This document shows, piece by piece, positions 62,540 to 64,000 of a stretch of 64,000 bases of DNA. A model generated the notes under the pieces. That model was not told the origin of the DNA and ran no database searches. It worked only from the letters and a program-made list of their open reading frames with translations. Location of the stretch: assembly GCA_963806705.1 (NCBI GenBank), contig CAWDZE010000008.1, positions 104,700 to 168,699 on the forward strand, given 5' to 3'. The stretch comes from Vicinamibacteria bacterium (GTDB lineage Bacteria; Acidobacteriota; Vicinamibacteria; Vicinamibacterales; JAENWD01). Positions within the stretch are counted from its first letter, which is position 1. Each line of letters starts with the position of its first letter. A program made the translations under genes and the position numbers.

Positions 62540-64000
62540 GTGAGAGTCCGCAAGGGCATCGCGCTGGGACTGGTCGTTGGCGCGATCGGGATGATCGTGC
62601 GGCCGACCGCCGTCGGGGTGCGCCTGGAAGAAGACGTGGGAATCCCATGGCTCTTCGCCCTGCGCGGACCTGCCACACCACCTCCTCAAGTAGCCGTCGT
62701 CAGCATCGACAAGACGTCGGCCCAGCAGCTCGGTCTCGACGCGGGCGAGTGGCCGCCGACCCGTCGCGTCCACGCCGGCGTCATTCGCAGCCTCACGCGT
62801 CACAAGGTCTCGGCCATCGTCATGGACGTGTGGTTCGAGGGGCATCGGACGCGGGAGGACGACGACGATCTGGCAGGGGCGATGGCCGAGAACGGCGCGG
62901 TCGTGCTGGTCCAGCGACTGGATCGCGCTCGCGTGTCCGGAGCCGCGGTGTCCACCGACCTGCTTCAAAATCCAATCATCCAGTTCCAGCAGAGTGTCAT
63001 CAGTCTGGCGCCGTTTCCGCTCCCCAGGGACTCGCGGACGTCATTGTTCTGGCCGTTCTTCGAGACCTCGATCGGCATCGTGCCGACGCTGCCGGCCGCC
63101 GCGCTGCAGGTGCACGCGCTGCCGGTCCTCGACCGCTTCCTGTCTCTGCTCGGGCAGGCAGGCGTCGGGCATCTCGACGTGGTGCCGCGCCAGGTGCGGT
63201 CTGCGGCCGACCTGCAGCAACTGATGGGTTCGTTGCGTCGAGCGATTGCGGGCAATCCAGCGGCGGCTCGCCGCGTAATGGCCCGGCTCGAACCTGATGG
63301 CGGCGGCTCTGCCCGGGTCGACTCGCGCCACGCCGCCCTGTTAGGGCTCTACGCTGGTGGCGACGCATACTACCTGAACTTCTACGGGCCTCCAGGGACC
63401 ATCGAGACGATCCCGTTTCACGAACTGCTGCAAGAGCGGCAGTCACGACGCAGTCTGGCGGGCAAGGTCGTCTTCGTCGGCGAGAGCGCTTCCTCTTTCG
63501 TGACCAGCGCCGAGCAGCAGGGAGACACCTATGTGACGGTGTACTCGACCGCCGACGGCATCGATCTCAGCGGCGCCGAGATCGGCGCGACGGCATTTGC
63601 CAACCTCCTCTCCGGCCGAATGCTGCGCCCCACTGGTGCCGGGATGTCGCTTGCCGTGCTCCTTGTGTTTGGCACCCTCGTCGGTGTGCTCGCGCGGCTG
63701 CTGCCAGGCGCGTGACGCGACCGCGATCGCAGTCGCGCTTGGCGCAGTCGGCGCCGCGCTAGCGCAGTACCTCTTCACGGCACACTCGCTTCTGGTGCCC
63801 CTTGCCGTGCCGCTGCTGGTGCAGTTGCCACTCGGCTTGTTCGTAGGCGTGCTGTCGCGGTACATGGACATCCGGAAGCAGGTGCCCATCGAAGTCGACC
63901 CGCACGCACGGCAGCAGCTCTTTCTAGGGGTGTGCCTCGCCACCGATGTTGCCGGCTACACAAGCCTCACCGAGCACCTCAGCCGCGACGAGTTGCACGA
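62540..64000 (+). CDS. CHASE2 domain adenylate/guanylate cyclase; frameshift near 63710, 3'-partial
   Basis: VVSID..WPPTR..H, MDVWF, NFYGPPG, GKVVFVG, SGAEI; TM helices then CLATDVAGYTSL at the window end. Confidence 0.82.

Overview
High-GC bacterial window. The gene content (ADOP-type permease remnant, kinase/wHTH-PD40 propeller proteins, DUF2723, many tiny Zn-ribbon ORFs) suggests Acidobacteriota, probably Vicinamibacterales; this is inference. Positions 1-17.9 kb and 51.7-64 kb hold ordinary chromosomal genes: GH106, a NarL-type two-component pair, proteases, an azurin-like protein, glycosyltransferases, a GMC oxidoreductase and a CHASE2 cyclase. Positions ~18-51.5 kb are a decayed accessory region running from the 3' end of a tRNA-Glu(TTC) gene (51580-51655, minus strand). 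It contains several tRNA-Glu att-like junctions, a tRNA-Thr 3' fragment, IS30/IS481/IS1 remnants and gene fragments. The most striking signal is a 5-gene metal-handling operon at 18778-21675. Two of its genes, a MerT-like transporter and a signal-peptide HMA/MerP-like protein, each carry an in-frame TGA exactly at a metal-binding Cys position (C-U and GMD-U-xx-C). Each TGA is followed by a SECIS-like hairpin, so this is a candidate double-selenoprotein heavy-metal system that the ORF track truncates. Many genes, especially after 54 kb, are split by 1-bp frameshifts that probably reflect sequencing errors.
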